A stretch of 64,000 bases of DNA from Terriglobia bacterium. GTDB lineage: Bacteria; Acidobacteriota; Terriglobia; Versatilivoradales; Versatilivoraceae. The notes under the pieces were generated by a model. It saw only the letters and a program-made list of their open reading frames with translations, ran no database searches and was not told the origin of the DNA. Below are positions 29,759 through 40,873 of this stretch, piece by piece; within the stretch, counting starts at the first letter, position 1; every line of letters starts with the position of its first letter. The stretch is from the NCBI GenBank assembly GCA_022452285.1, contig JAKUNG010000015.1, positions 8,482 to 72,481 of the forward strand, in the 5' to 3' direction. Made by a program: the position numbers and the translations under genes.

Positions 29759-31774
29759 CTATTTCAATTTTTGTTTTTTTAAAGCTGCTTGACCGGCATC
29801 TAATGTTTTGACGATCTCATCTACATCAAAGACACATCCGCCCCAGGTTCCTCCACTCACATTTTGGAGTGCTGCCCAAAGCCGAGTGTCATCTGGAAGG
29901 TCTTTATCTTCGCTAAGGGGAAAGCTGGGCTTCCTTTTTTCCAAAACCTTAGCACCTTCTTGAGGATTTAAGGGATTATTTTTAGTTCCGATAAAATCTA
30001 CAGAGCCTTCTAGTTTGTTTCGATCAATAACTATTTTTATCAAGTCTCCATCCCTTAATTTTGATATTGGTCCTCCAGCTAATGCTTCAGGGCCAACATG
30101 CCCAATACAGGCACCCGTAGAAACTCCTGAAAAACGAGCATCTGTTATTACTGCAATATCTTTTCCAAAAGAAAGGTGCTTTAATGCAGACGTTATCTGA
30201 TAGACTTCCTCCATTCCTGTGCCAGCTGGACCTCTACACATCAAGACCAGTATTTCGCCAGGTTTGACTTGATTGTCTCCTCGGGATTTTATTGCCTTAA
30301 TTGCGTCGACTTCCTTAATGAAGACTCTTGATGGGCCTATCTTTCTATACACTCCATCGTTATCAACTACACTTGGGTCTATTGAGGTGCTTTTGATTAC
30401 ACTTCCCTGTGGCGCTATGTTTCCTTTTGGAAAGGTTACTGTACTGGTCAAACCTTTCTTTTTTGCGGTATTTGGAGTCATTATAACGTCAGCAGAATCT
30501 ATTTTATCTTTTGACTTTAGTCGAGCCTTTAAACGAGCTCTCCTTTCTGAACCCTGCCACCAGTCAAGCAAATCGTTCAAAATTAGACCTGATGCTGTAG
30601 GTACTTTTAGGTTCAAAAGTCCTAAATTCCTCAAATGAAGCATTACTTCGGGTACCCCACCTGCCAGAAATACCCTCACGGTAGGATGAAACTTGGGACC
30701 ATTTGGTAAAACATCAACAATTCTGGGAACTTCACGATTAATTCTCGTCCAATCTTCGATGGTAGGGCGATTTCTGTTTGCTGCATGGGCGATAGCTGGA
30801 AGGTGAAGCAGAAGATTGGTAGACCCACCAAAAGCTGCATGTACAGCCATTGCGTTAATTATAGATTTATCAGTAATAATATCCTTAGTTTTAATTCCCT
30901 GTTTTTCCATAAGAATTAACGACCGAGCTGATCGTACAGCCATATCGAGCCAAATTTCTTGACCTGAAGGTGCTAATGCTGAATGAGCCAGCGATAAACC
31001 CAATGCTTCACCAATAACCTGGGAGGTTGCAGCCGTGCCAAGGAATTGACAGCCCCCTCCAGGCGAAGCGCAAGCCCGACAAAGAGATTCTGCAGCATGT
31101 TCTAAGGACGCTTCACCGTGAGCAAACCTTGCCCCTATTGATTGAACAGTGCCAGCATCTTCACCGTCTGACGCTGGAAGGGTAACCCCTCCAGGAACTA
31201 AAATACATGGGAGATCATGCATAGAAGCTAGAGCAATCATCATCGCCGGTAAACCTTTGTCACAGGTTGCAACTCCTAACACGCCTTTCCTGGTAGGTAA
31301 CGATCTAATTTGTCTGCGAAACACTTGGGCTGCATCATTTCGATAAGGCAAACTATCCATCATACCCGTTGTTCCCTGAGTTCGACCATCACAAGGATCG
31401 GTGCAGTACGCTGCAAAAGGTATTGAACCAAGATTTTTAATTTCTTCTGCAGCGGCCTTCATTAGTAACCCAATTTCCCAATGGCCAACATGGTAGCCAA
31501 GAGCTATTGGTTTACCTTTTGAATCTCTAATCCCTCCCTGTGTACTTAATATTAGGAACTCTTTACGCCTTAACTCTGAGGGTTTCCATCCCATTCCAGC
31601 ATTCTGACTAAATGCAAAAAGATTTCCACTTGGAGAATTAAGCAATAATTCTGGATTAATAGGAATTTTCCCTTTTGGTCCAGAAGTCTTTGTTTCAACT
31701 CTAAAAATTTCAGGTTTTTGAGAATCAAGAATTCCGTCTATTTCAAAATTCATCTGTTTTCTTTTCACTAGCAC
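29759..31774 (-). CDS. IlvD/Edd-family sugar-acid dehydratase of the YjhG/YagF (xylonate dehydratase) type
   Basis: 671 aa. It aligns end to end with my recollection of E. coli YjhG: [82 protein letters not shown] and [19 protein letters not shown]. The real start is probably ATG at 31753, because the track start at 31774 is GTG. Confidence 0.88.
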   Translation of the reverse strand: MLVKRKQMNFEIDGILDSQKPEIFRVETKTSGPKGKIPINPELLLNSPSGNLFAFSQNAGMGWKPSELRRKEFLILSTQGGIRDSKGKPIALGYHVGHWEIGLLMKAAAEEIKNLGSIPFAAYCTDPCDGRTQGTTGMMDSLPYRNDAAQVFRRQIRSLPTRKGVLGVATCDKGLPAMMIALASMHDLPCILVPGGVTLPASDGEDAGTVQSIGARFAHGEASLEHAAESLCRACASPGGGCQFLGTAATSQVIGEALGLSLAHSALAPSGQEIWLDMAVRSARSLILMEKQGIKTKDIITDKSIINAMAVHAAFGGSTNLLLHLPAIAHAANRNRPTIEDWTRINREVPRIVDVLPNGPKFHPTVRVFLAGGVPEVMLHLRNLGLLNLKVPTASGLILNDLLDWWQGSERRARLKARLKSKDKIDSADVIMTPNTAKKKGLTSTVTFPKGNIAPQGSVIKSTSIDPSVVDNDGVYRKIGPSRVFIKEVDAIKAIKSRGDNQVKPGEILVLMCRGPAGTGMEEVYQITSALKHLSFGKDIAVITDARFSGVSTGACIGHVGPEALAGGPISKLRDGDLIKIVIDRNKLEGSVDFIGTKNNPLNPQEGAKVLEKRKPSFPLSEDKDLPDDTRLWAALQNVSGGTWGGCVFDVDEIVKTLDAGQAALKKQKLK

Positions 31775-31811
31775 TCCAAATTATAAAGAGAAGAACTATC
31801 TAACCCAGTTT

Positions 31812-32459
31812 TTATTTAGCTCTCCCTTTACCTACCTCAACCAAGTATTTCTTAGCCAAGTGGGTCAACTGACTAAATTCACCAGTATTAAGTATCTTTT
31901 CATTAACGAGGCTACCACCTACACCCACTGCTGAGGCTCCATTTCTGATAAAGTCAGCTGTTGTTTCTAGATCAACTCCACCGACTGGGATGATTTCTAC
32001 CTGTGGCAAGGGGGAACGGATTGCCTTAATCATAGCTGGACCGCCTACATCTGATGGAAAAAGTTTCACCATCGTAGCGCCAGATTGCCACGCTGTTACT
32101 ATTTCTGTTGGAGTGAAACACCCTGGGAATACAGGAATACTGTATCTGAGACAAGCAGTTATCACTTCAAGATTTAGGTTGGGTGAAACTATAAAAGCAG
32201 CACCAACGTTTATAGCTGACAGGGCACTTTCTGCATCTAGAACTGTTCCTGCACCAAAAAGGATATTATCCCCAAATTTCTCATTCACTTTACTAATCAC
32301 CTTTAGTGCCCCTGGGGTAGTAAGCGTTACTTCTATAGCCCTAATACCTCCCTCAAATATAGCCTGTGCTGCATCAATTAGTTGGTCGGATTCATTAGCC
32401 CTCATAATAGCAATGACCCCAGTATTCCGAATTAAATCTAGCTTTTCCTTATTTTTCAT
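31812..32459 (-). CDS. eda: 2-dehydro-3-deoxy-phosphogluconate (KDPG) aldolase
   Basis: 215 aa. It has VIAIMRA, IRAIEVTLTTPGA, GAGTVL, the Schiff-base Lys in VKLFP, and GG at the C-terminal phosphate site. Confidence 0.9.
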   Translation of the reverse strand: MKNKEKLDLIRNTGVIAIMRANESDQLIDAAQAIFEGGIRAIEVTLTTPGALKVISKVNEKFGDNILFGAGTVLDAESALSAINVGAAFIVSPNLNLEVITACLRYSIPVFPGCFTPTEIVTAWQSGATMVKLFPSDVGGPAMIKAIRSPLPQVEIIPVGGVDLETTADFIRNGASAVGVGGSLVNEKILNTGEFSQLTHLAKKYLVEVGKGRAK

Positions 32460-32468
32460 ATCCTTCCC

Positions 32469-33635
32469 CTAACGAACAGTCCGTTTACCTCCGCCTAAGA
32501 CATCTGCCTCAAGTAGAGCCTGTATCTCGCCTTTTTCAATAATAGGTAAATCAAACATTAAAGTTTGTTTGATTCTTGTTGCAGCATCCCCAGTTAAAAC
32601 TCCTTTTTCTATACCATCTTGATTAAAACCCGATGTCATTAAACCATAATAAAAACCAGCATTCCAGGTATCACCCCCACCAAGTCTGTCTAGTAAAGTT
32701 ATAGATTTAATCGATGGAGAACGAAAGAAGTTGCCCTGAAAATCAATAGCAGCTGACTCCCAACGATGCTGTTCAAAGTTATCTGGGTAACGAATAGTAA
32801 TCCCTACGATTTTTGTGTTAAATTTTTCCTTTACTTGACAAGCAAATGCTTCAATATCCTCATCAGTGAGAACTCCTATATCTCCATTAACTATTTGTTT
32901 TGCTGAGTACTGCCCAGCATCCATATTGTATAACTTTGCCATATCCTCTATTGTTGTGATAAGAATGTCGATATGCTCAGTAATGATGGGTGTTAAAACA
33001 TCATTAGCCTCATTAGAAGACCACAAGGTTGACCTATAATTTAGATCCATACCGATCAAGCATTCCCTTGGCTTATTTTGAATAGCTTCTTCTAGAGCTT
33101 CCAGATTATAATTTCGTTTATATCCGCTATGTTTAGAAAGACCAAACGAAATCCCTGAGGTATGCAAAAGTCGGGCATCCTTTAGTGCAGCCTTCCAGTT
33201 AACCATGTTACATCCGAGCCTTGAGGCTGCCGAGTATTTTCGTTGGTAGACTCCAATATTTCGTCTTGGACTTCTTCCTATTTCATAAATGAAGCGTCCA
33301 ATAGGTTCAGTTGGTGAGGTCCAAACAATATGTTTTGTATCAATGCCATGTTCTCTCGCTATGTTCTGAATTGATTTTCCATAAGGATTTAACGGTGCTC
33401 TTGTTATAAATGCTGAAGCTATCCCCATACGAGAAAGAGCGACAGCTAATGTGTATTCACTTCCAGCAAGAGACAAATGAACTAATCGAGTTCGCTCAGG
33501 ACGTTCACCATCAGCTGGCGTGTCCCGCAACAAAACTTCCCCAAAAGTGACAAAAGTATTACCTTTTGAAAGGTTAGACAGATCATCACTTGTAATGTCA
33601 TACTTCAGCGCTTTAGACATAAACACACCTTTCAT
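32469..33635 (-). CDS. kdgK: PfkB-family sugar kinase, probably 2-keto-3-deoxygluconate kinase
   Basis: 388 aa. It has the PfkB C-terminal motif GGGDTWNAGF. It sits between eda and lnt. Its ATG overlaps the lnt stop (ATGA); an alternative ATG at 33620 has an AAAGGTG SD. Confidence 0.78.
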   Translation of the reverse strand: MKGVFMSKALKYDITSDDLSNLSKGNTFVTFGEVLLRDTPADGERPERTRLVHLSLAGSEYTLAVALSRMGIASAFITRAPLNPYGKSIQNIAREHGIDTKHIVWTSPTEPIGRFIYEIGRSPRRNIGVYQRKYSAASRLGCNMVNWKAALKDARLLHTSGISFGLSKHSGYKRNYNLEALEEAIQNKPRECLIGMDLNYRSTLWSSNEANDVLTPIITEHIDILITTIEDMAKLYNMDAGQYSAKQIVNGDIGVLTDEDIEAFACQVKEKFNTKIVGITIRYPDNFEQHRWESAAIDFQGNFFRSPSIKSITLLDRLGGGDTWNAGFYYGLMTSGFNQDGIEKGVLTGDAATRIKQTLMFDLPIIEKGEIQALLEADVLGGGKRTVR

Positions 33636-35230
33636 TTATTACCACTAAAGTAAGCCAACAAAAATTTATTTTTATACTGAAAAATTAATAAGATCCCCGT
33701 TATTGCCAGGCAACAATATGCGAAGATATCCCCCCATCGAGAATAAAAGGTGACTTCTTCTCGCCACCAAAAAGGTACTTCTAGAATGTCTATTTTATTG
33801 AGTTTAGTCCTTTTTAAGATTTGTCCACTAGGACTAACTAGTGCACTAATACCACTATTAGCTGCTCTTATCAGATACCGATTGTTCTCAACTGCCCTCA
33901 TTCTTGCCATAAAAAGATGTTGATGAGGAGCTGATGTATCTCCAAACCAAGCATCATTTGTAACAGTAATCAAAACTTCTGCACCTTTAGATACAAATTG
34001 ACGAACTAGATCAGGAACGACAACTTCATAACATATGACAGTACCTATCTTTTTGCCAGATTCTAAAGTTGACAAAACGATCTCTTTTCCTGATTTAAAA
34101 TTTCCAGATTCAGTAGAAATTTTATCGATGAAAAAGAAAATTTTCTCTAGGGGTACATATTCACCAAACGGTACTAGGTGAATTTTATCATATTGGGAAA
34201 TCAATTTACCTAAAGGGTTCACAACCCCAACACTGTTGTATGGTTCCAGAGAAAAAGACGTGTTCAGTCGTTCTTTATTTGTTGGCGTTTTGAAGTCTAC
34301 AAAACCAAAAACTAATGTCGCTCTTGCTTTTTGAGTTATTCTGTTTATGGTGCTCCTAAATTGAGGATCATGCTTGTAATAGAAAGGAGCAGGAGTTTCC
34401 GGCCAGACAATAATCTCGACAGATTGAGGTGAACTCTTGGTCTCTAATCTATTGAGGGATAACTTTGTAACCTGATTAAAAGTCTTCTTTCTAGTCTCCT
34501 TGTTCCACTTTTCCTCCACGTTAATATTGGGTTGAACTATTCTGGCATAGGATTTATTGGTATCCTTATTATTCAAATCTATTGATACAAATTCAACAAA
34601 TTGGAAGAAAGCTCCCATTATCAATAAAACGAATCCAATATATCGCCAAGAAGGGAAAAAGACCAAACTTACAATTATTGCGCTAGTAGTTGCCGACAAA
34701 AAAGAAAGTCCATAAACTCCTGTATAGCTAGCTAGCTGGACTATTCCCCCTAAATCTATAAAACCATATCCAAGCAAACACCAAGGAAAACCCGTAAACA
34801 CATGGGCCCTCAAATACTCAGTGGATACCCAAAAGATAGGGCTTGACAACAAACTTAATTTTGTCGAACTTAGGGAAACCCTTGAAAATAGATAAAGAAA
34901 AATTCCCTGATATAAAGAAAGATAAATCACCAGCAATGTGAAAAGAAAGCCAGCGCCAATCCAACTAAGATTGCCATAATTATCCAAAACCCCATAAATC
35001 CAATAGCAGGAGAAACTAAAGAAGACTATTCCTGAAATCATTCCCAGACAAAAAGCACGTTTACCACTTCTTTCTTGAAATCCACTGAATAAAAGTGGAA
35101 CTAAGGCGAACCAAACCAAAAATGCCCAATTATGTTCAGGGAAGATTAAGTATTGAAGAAAACCACTAAGTGCGGCGAAAAAAAATCTTTTAGGACTACT
35201 TGAAAAATAAGGAAAATATAAAGGGACCAC
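33632..35230 (-). CDS. lnt: Apolipoprotein N-acyltransferase
   Basis: 532 aa. It has a polytopic N-terminus plus a nitrilase-like domain with WPE, the catalytic Cys in ICYE, and NDAWFG. Confidence 0.92.
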   Translation of the reverse strand: MVPLYFPYFSSSPKRFFFAALSGFLQYLIFPEHNWAFLVWFALVPLLFSGFQERSGKRAFCLGMISGIVFFSFSCYWIYGVLDNYGNLSWIGAGFLFTLLVIYLSLYQGIFLYLFSRVSLSSTKLSLLSSPIFWVSTEYLRAHVFTGFPWCLLGYGFIDLGGIVQLASYTGVYGLSFLSATTSAIIVSLVFFPSWRYIGFVLLIMGAFFQFVEFVSIDLNNKDTNKSYARIVQPNINVEEKWNKETRKKTFNQVTKLSLNRLETKSSPQSVEIIVWPETPAPFYYKHDPQFRSTINRITQKARATLVFGFVDFKTPTNKERLNTSFSLEPYNSVGVVNPLGKLISQYDKIHLVPFGEYVPLEKIFFFIDKISTESGNFKSGKEIVLSTLESGKKIGTVICYEVVVPDLVRQFVSKGAEVLITVTNDAWFGDTSAPHQHLFMARMRAVENNRYLIRAANSGISALVSPSGQILKRTKLNKIDILEVPFWWREEVTFYSRWGDIFAYCCLAITGILLIFQYKNKFLLAYFSGNK

Positions 35231-35274
35231 GTATCTTTAATAAGTACAATGCAGAAAAACAAAGTACACAATTT

Positions 35275-35922
35275 TTATTTACTTTGAAGAAATGATGGGT
35301 ATCCATCTTTTTTTAACTTACGTTTTATTTCTGTTATCTTTTTCATGTTTTTAAAAGGTCCGACCTGAACTCTTATCCAAGCAGGCCTTGCTTTTTTTGA
35401 TGGAGCAAGAACGAAAACAGGATAACCTTTGTTACGCAGCTCCTGTGCCAACCGCTCAGCTTCAGTTCTATTTTTTACTGCTGAAACCTGCAAGCTTAGA
35501 ATTTTTTTCTGATCTAGATAAGAGTTCACGCTACTCTTAGATAGTTCAGTTTTCTTAGTTATCACTTTTTTAGACTGCTTTTTTGGAGTAAAGTCAGCTC
35601 TAGCAGCCGGTTTTCGGACCGCACTATAAAATTCTAGTTTATTTTTATAGGACTTTTTTGTTGGTGAGTTTTCAGGATTAGCTGAATCATTTCCAATATG
35701 CCTAATTTCTTTGTTTACTGAATCCTTTTTGTTTTGAACAGCCATTAGTTCAGAATTCTGTTTCTCCCTAACTGGTATTGTGTTGGAGCCAGTTGTTTTT
35801 TCTCCTGATCCCACAAAATACCCTAGGGCAAAAAATGCGCCACAAACTATCACTGAACCAATAAAAAAGGCTACCAGGTGACGATTTTCTAGGTTAACTT
35901 CTCTACTCTTCTCGATGGGCAT
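35275..35922 (-). CDS. SPOR-domain (peptidoglycan-binding) membrane-anchored protein
   Basis: 215 aa. It has an N-terminal TM helix, a low-complexity linker and a C-terminal SPOR-like domain (LQVSAVKNRTEAERLAQELRNKGYPVFV...VQVGPF). Confidence 0.82.
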   Translation of the reverse strand: MPIEKSREVNLENRHLVAFFIGSVIVCGAFFALGYFVGSGEKTTGSNTIPVREKQNSELMAVQNKKDSVNKEIRHIGNDSANPENSPTKKSYKNKLEFYSAVRKPAARADFTPKKQSKKVITKKTELSKSSVNSYLDQKKILSLQVSAVKNRTEAERLAQELRNKGYPVFVLAPSKKARPAWIRVQVGPFKNMKKITEIKRKLKKDGYPSFLQSK

Positions 35923-36007
35923 GGATTTTAAATATACCTTTATTTCAGCAATTGATAAGAAAAAGTTTTACTTGTTTAAAACAGAGCTCAAAAATAGTCC
36001 TCTAATA

Positions 36008-36772
36008 TTATTTCTTTTCAAGAAATGGCTTTAATAGATCAACTGGAAGAGGAAAAACCAGAGTTGTATTTTTGTCCACACCAATATCTGATAATGTTTG
36101 TAGGTACCTCAATTGAAGGGCAACAGGTTCTCTTGTAACTACACTGGCAGCTTGAGCAAGCTTCTCTGCAGCTTGAAATTCTCCATCTGCATGGATAATT
36201 TTAGCTCTTTTTTCTCTTTCAGCCTCAGCTTGTTTAGCCATTGCCCGCTGCATTTCCTGAGGCAAATCAACCTGTTTAACTTCCACAACTCCAACCTTTA
36301 TGCCCCATGAATCTGTGTGTTGGTCTAAAATACTTTGTAATCTTTCATTCAATGCCTCCCTACGGCTAAGCAAATCATCTAAAGGAACCTCACCCAAAAC
36401 TGATCTAAGGGTGGTTTGAGAAAGTTGGTTAGTTGCGTATTGATAATTATCAACTTCAACAATTGCCTTTATAGGGTTCATTACTCTGAAATATACAACG
36501 GCATTGACTTTCAATGATACATTATCCTTTGTAATAATGTCCTGTGGGGGTACGTCTAAAGTAACAGTTCTCAACGACACCTTAACAATTCTGTCAATAG
36601 GCCACCAGACGATAATCAACCCCGGTCCTTTTGGTTTGTCCAGCAATCTGCCTAGCCGGAAGATGACACCCCTTTCATACTCCCGCAAAATATGAAAAGA
36701 ATTAAATAAAACTACAACTAACAAAGTCAGGCCAAAGAGTCCTGCAGTTCCAATTGTTTCAAGTAGAGCCAT
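36008..36772 (-). CDS. SPFH/band-7 (stomatin-like) protein
   Basis: 254 aa. It has an N-terminal TM helix and [12 protein letters not shown]...TKDNV...V.YRV, followed by a coiled [11 protein letters not shown] region. It is paired with the upstream NfeD. Confidence 0.92.
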   Translation of the reverse strand: MALLETIGTAGLFGLTLLVVVLFNSFHILREYERGVIFRLGRLLDKPKGPGLIIVWWPIDRIVKVSLRTVTLDVPPQDIITKDNVSLKVNAVVYFRVMNPIKAIVEVDNYQYATNQLSQTTLRSVLGEVPLDDLLSRREALNERLQSILDQHTDSWGIKVGVVEVKQVDLPQEMQRAMAKQAEAEREKRAKIIHADGEFQAAEKLAQAASVVTREPVALQLRYLQTLSDIGVDKNTTLVFPLPVDLLKPFLEKK

Positions 36773-36800
36773 GAGATTCTCCTTAAGTTATAACGACAAA

Positions 36801-38078
36801 TCATTCATCCAGACAACCAGAAACCCAAACAGTTAGATTTTTAACTGCATCAATCTTTATTCTCTTACCCTTATTAATAGGGCTTTTACTGAAAGCTTTC
36901 CAAATTTCACCATGAACTTGAACCTGACCGTCTGGATCTAAATCCGTAATCGCTGTCCCAATTTCTCCTACCATTCCTTCTTGACCAGTCTGCGATTTTT
37001 TTTTGTAGGCAGTTAGTACTAATCTCATCAAAAAGATTGTAGCAATAGCAAAGGGGAGAACTATAGAAATTGAAGTTGTTAAATTAACCCTTAATTCGGG
37101 AACATTGGTTTCAATAAGAATTAAAGATCCCAGTATCATAGAAGAAATTCCCAATATGGCCAGCATTCCATAACTAACAATCTTTGCCTCTAGTATAAAT
37201 AATGCTACTGCAGCAATTATTAATACTACTCCCAAAATATTAATAGGTAGCAGGTTAAAGGCAATCAATGCTAAAAAAACACAAATCGCCCCTCCGATAC
37301 CAGGAAGAATTAATCCAGGATTACTAAATTCAATATAAAGCCCCAAGAGTCCAATTAGACCAATTACTAAGGCTAGGTTAGGATTTAAAATTTTTGCCAG
37401 TACTTTTTGCCGAAGAGTCATAGAGAAGTGAGCTAATTCGTTAGTTTTTAATTCCAATTCCTGAATAGTACCATCAAATCTTTTAATTTTTCGGCCATGA
37501 AAATTAGTAAGAATTTCAAAATAATTCTCGGCTATACCATCAATTAGGTTCCCAGTTAACGCCTCCTCCTCGGTAAAAGAAGTACTATCTATCACACCCT
37601 TTTCTGCGAGCCTCACATTACGTCCTCGTTTATTAACAAAACTACGAATATATGCTGCAGAATCGTTTTCAATTTTTTTCTGCATTACAGAGTCCACCTG
37701 TCCTCCACCTACAGGAACAGGATGCGCAGCTCCAGTATTTGTAGCTGAAGCCATTATGGCAAGGTCCCCTGCCAAAAGTATAAAGAAGCCAGCTGATGCC
37801 GCCCGAACGCCTGTCGGACCAACAAAGGTTATAACAGGAGTATTAGACTGCAATATTTTTTCAATAATTTGTCTCATAGAGTCTGCAAGCCCACCTGGGG
37901 TGTTTAATCTTAATATTATCGCATTTGCACCTATTCGGTTTCCCTCTTCGATTCCTTGTATTATGTACTCAGCTGCAACAGGGTGAATAACATCGTCAAT
38001 TTCAATGGTTAAAACCTTTCCAAGTAATAGACAGGGGAAGCTTCCCAGAAAAACTAAGATAAAAAAAAGATATCTCAT
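36801..38078 (-). CDS. NfeD-family membrane-bound ClpP-class serine protease
   Basis: 425 aa. It has a signal peptide and a ClpP-like domain (LNTPGG, AASAGFFILLAGD). Multiple TM helices and a C-terminal OB (NfeD) domain follow. Confidence 0.9.
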   Translation of the reverse strand: MRYLFFILVFLGSFPCLLLGKVLTIEIDDVIHPVAAEYIIQGIEEGNRIGANAIILRLNTPGGLADSMRQIIEKILQSNTPVITFVGPTGVRAASAGFFILLAGDLAIMASATNTGAAHPVPVGGGQVDSVMQKKIENDSAAYIRSFVNKRGRNVRLAEKGVIDSTSFTEEEALTGNLIDGIAENYFEILTNFHGRKIKRFDGTIQELELKTNELAHFSMTLRQKVLAKILNPNLALVIGLIGLLGLYIEFSNPGLILPGIGGAICVFLALIAFNLLPINILGVVLIIAAVALFILEAKIVSYGMLAILGISSMILGSLILIETNVPELRVNLTTSISIVLPFAIATIFLMRLVLTAYKKKSQTGQEGMVGEIGTAITDLDPDGQVQVHGEIWKAFSKSPINKGKRIKIDAVKNLTVWVSGCLDE

Positions 38079-38358
38079 GGCTGTTAACCTAAAAACGAAT
38101 CTTTGTTCTTATAAACCTAACTTAAATTTTCTCCTGTCACATTTAACAATGCCAGGGATGATAGTAAAGATAAATTAAAAACCGTCTTAAAAAAATTATA
38201 ACAAAGTTTTGTTATGTATTGGGGGCAATTTCAAGAGATTATTCTATGCGAAAAATGGGAGGTTCTTGGTTGTTTCTCTCACAACTTATATGTAACCTAT
38301 GCTGACTAATTCTTTCTTCTTTTCAATTCTCTAATAATTCATAAAGAAAGGGACTATT

Positions 38359-39897
38359 TTGTTTCTTGGAAAACTTTTCTGGCAACTAAGTATTATTTTC
38401 TTTTTGTTTGGAAATATTATTTCAGGAAATGGTCTTGTTGAACAGAAAGCTATGGCCGGAAGTAAGGAGAATGAAAAGCTAAAATCTGACTTAAAAAGAT
38501 ACGCAGAAATAATTTCTACTTTGGACACACATTACGCAGATTCTATCGATATTAACGAGGTGGTCATCCAATCAATCAAACGAATGTTAACCTCACTGGA
38601 TCCCTTTTCTAGTCTTCAGGATGGAGAGGCCTTTCGCGATTTTCAGTTCTTCCAATCTGGTATGTATGCAGGAATTGGCGCTAATCTCATTGAAATTGAA
38701 GGAGAACGCGTAGTACATTCTACAATCCCTGGATCACCAGCATCAGAAGCTGGTATTCTCCCGGGTGATATTATCTTTGCCATAGACGATCTGCCCCTCA
38801 GAGGACTTCCCTTGCCCAAGGTAAAACAACTTTTCCATGGGGTAAAGGGTTCATCAATTAGAATTATATTAAAAAGATTCGGCCTTACTAATCCACTGGA
38901 GTTAAATATTTCCAGGGAATTACTTCCTGAATTGAGCATTCCACTGTGTTTCCAACTCAAACCTACTGTTATTTATTTAAAGTTGGTCTCTTTTTCCGAT
39001 GTTACTCAAATGGAATTTGATGAATGTTTGGTTCCACATCTACCTTATTTAAATGGGTTAATAATAGATCTCCGTGACAATGTAGGAGGTAGTCTAAAAT
39101 CTGGCATTCAAGTCGCTGATCGCCTTTTAGATATTAATGATTTAATAATGACTACTCAGGGAGATTCTAGCAACACTAGTAATGAGTATTATGCCACTAC
39201 CGATGTTAAGAAATTAGATGTTCCGGTTGTTGTGATAATCAATAATAAAACAGCAAGTGCTGCAGAAATTTTAGCAGGAGCAATTAAGGATAATAGGAAA
39301 GGTCTGATAGTTGGTCAAAATAGTTTTGGCAAGGGTCTTATTCAGACTGTTTTACCTTTAAAAAGTGGCCATGCCTTATTTCTAACGACAGGAAAATGGT
39401 TTACACCGTTAGGTATTAACGTTAAGCACAACAACATGGAGTTCCTCCGTAAAAGAATCTTTTTTTCTGAAGAGGAAAATCGGTATTATGCAGCAAATCC
39501 CTTTAAGGATCTTTTCTTCAACAACTCCGGTGTTGATAAAGGTGGGATTTCACCCGATATTTATTTAAAAACTAGAGCATTATCTCCTTTTTTGGTCACT
39601 GCTATTTTAGATCATTTATTCTTTAATTTTTCAAGAGAGTTTTGGTTTAAATATCGCAAATTAGCTGAATCAGGCAAACTAGATGAAGCATTAGTTTCAG
39701 AATTCTTTGAATTTCTCAAAAGTAAAAAGATTAATGTCTCAATTGAAGAATTTAAAAAAAATATTGATTACATAAAACTCTTCATACAGAGCAACCTACT
39801 ACTTATGGCAGGAAAATCTATAGAAGCCTATATAGTTCTCTTAAAGAATGATCCCTATGTTTTACTAGCGATTGATTCGTTAAAGCAAACCAAGTAA
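38359..39897 (+). CDS. ctp: S41-family carboxy-terminal processing protease with a PDZ domain
   Basis: 512 aa with a TTG start and a signal peptide. It has a PDZ domain (GSPASEAGILPGDIIFAIDD) and the catalytic Ser/Lys region NNKTASAAEILAGAIKDN...NSFGKGLIQT. Confidence 0.88.
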   Translation: MFLGKLFWQLSIIFFLFGNIISGNGLVEQKAMAGSKENEKLKSDLKRYAEIISTLDTHYADSIDINEVVIQSIKRMLTSLDPFSSLQDGEAFRDFQFFQSGMYAGIGANLIEIEGERVVHSTIPGSPASEAGILPGDIIFAIDDLPLRGLPLPKVKQLFHGVKGSSIRIILKRFGLTNPLELNISRELLPELSIPLCFQLKPTVIYLKLVSFSDVTQMEFDECLVPHLPYLNGLIIDLRDNVGGSLKSGIQVADRLLDINDLIMTTQGDSSNTSNEYYATTDVKKLDVPVVVIINNKTASAAEILAGAIKDNRKGLIVGQNSFGKGLIQTVLPLKSGHALFLTTGKWFTPLGINVKHNNMEFLRKRIFFSEEENRYYAANPFKDLFFNNSGVDKGGISPDIYLKTRALSPFLVTAILDHLFFNFSREFWFKYRKLAESGKLDEALVSEFFEFLKSKKINVSIEEFKKNIDYIKLFIQSNLLLMAGKSIEAYIVLLKNDPYVLLAIDSLKQTK

Positions 39898-39963
39898 CTT
39901 TGATAAAACGACAGTACAATTAATTTAAATTTAATTCAGAGGTTTTCTTTGAATTAATTTGAA

Positions 39964-40677
39964 TCAAGAAAGCTCCCTTACGACCCTAAAGCCATAGTCA
40001 GGATACCTAAATGAAGGGTGCAAGCTACTTCTGGCAGCGCAGCGACTTACCTTAACTTTATGTCGCCAGGATCCTCCCCTTGAGGATTTTCTTTCCGTTG
40101 GTGTTGAATTGAAAGGATTTTGTTTTGGTGATCTCTGGTAGTAGTCTTTAGCGTACCAGTCGGCACACCATTCGTGCACATTATCTCCAACATTAAATAA
40201 GCCAAACAAATTTGCTGACTGCTGACCAACCACCTGTGGCCGATTGTCCCTCCATCCATCACGATAAATTTCCACCAGTGATGGATCATCATTCCCCCAA
40301 GGATATAGCTTTTCATTTTTCATTTGACGAGATGCCCATTCCCATTCAGCCTCAGTAGGTAGCCTGTATTTCTTTTCTGTAAGCATGGTTAACCAGGTAC
40401 AGTAAGATACTGCATCTTCCCAGCTAACAGAAACAACTGGTTGCCGGGAAAGATTGAAGAGAGGGTCATTAAGGAATGGAGGAAAAGCCCCATCAGTTTC
40501 ACCTAGGAAAATCCTGTATTCTTGATTGGTAATGGTATAAATTCCCATTTCAAAAGAATCGACTGTTACTTGGTGGACGGGTTGTTCATCGTCTCTTCCT
40601 TCGGCACAACCCATCAAAAACTCACCTTCTGGGATTTTAGCAACCTGAGGAACTGAAATATTTGATGTTCGCTTCAT
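39964..40677 (-). CDS. Formylglycine-generating-enzyme (SUMF1) family protein, cytoplasmic short form
   Basis: 237 aa. It has FLMGC, PVHQVTVDSF, YRLPTEAEWEWA, GN..EWC.DWY, RGGSW and GFRVV. Confidence 0.88.
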   Translation of the reverse strand: MKRTSNISVPQVAKIPEGEFLMGCAEGRDDEQPVHQVTVDSFEMGIYTITNQEYRIFLGETDGAFPPFLNDPLFNLSRQPVVSVSWEDAVSYCTWLTMLTEKKYRLPTEAEWEWASRQMKNEKLYPWGNDDPSLVEIYRDGWRDNRPQVVGQQSANLFGLFNVGDNVHEWCADWYAKDYYQRSPKQNPFNSTPTERKSSRGGSWRHKVKVSRCAARSSLHPSFRYPDYGFRVVRELS

Positions 40678-40873
40678 AAATAGGCTATAAATTATATTTT
40701 CTGGTTCTCTAAAGGCTAAATCTCGGAAATTATATTAACTATTTAAGCTACTATCATTAATAATTTCCTATGTTATATTGGAACAGATTTTAATATAACT
40801 GTTTTGAAACTTTTCTGAATTCTGATGTTAATCTCTCGATCATAAAGGACTATTTCTGAAAGGAGTACAATTA

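Noticed and set aside
31990-32472. 160-aa plus-strand ORF antisense to eda. The same applies to the other antisense track ORFs: 1115-1417, 3173-3478, 30273-30638, 43356-43748, 8707-9009, 12076-12399 and 28185-28487.
   Set aside because: Each lies wholly inside a well-supported gene on the opposite strand. They have low-complexity or odd composition and no motifs. Such shadow ORFs are expected.
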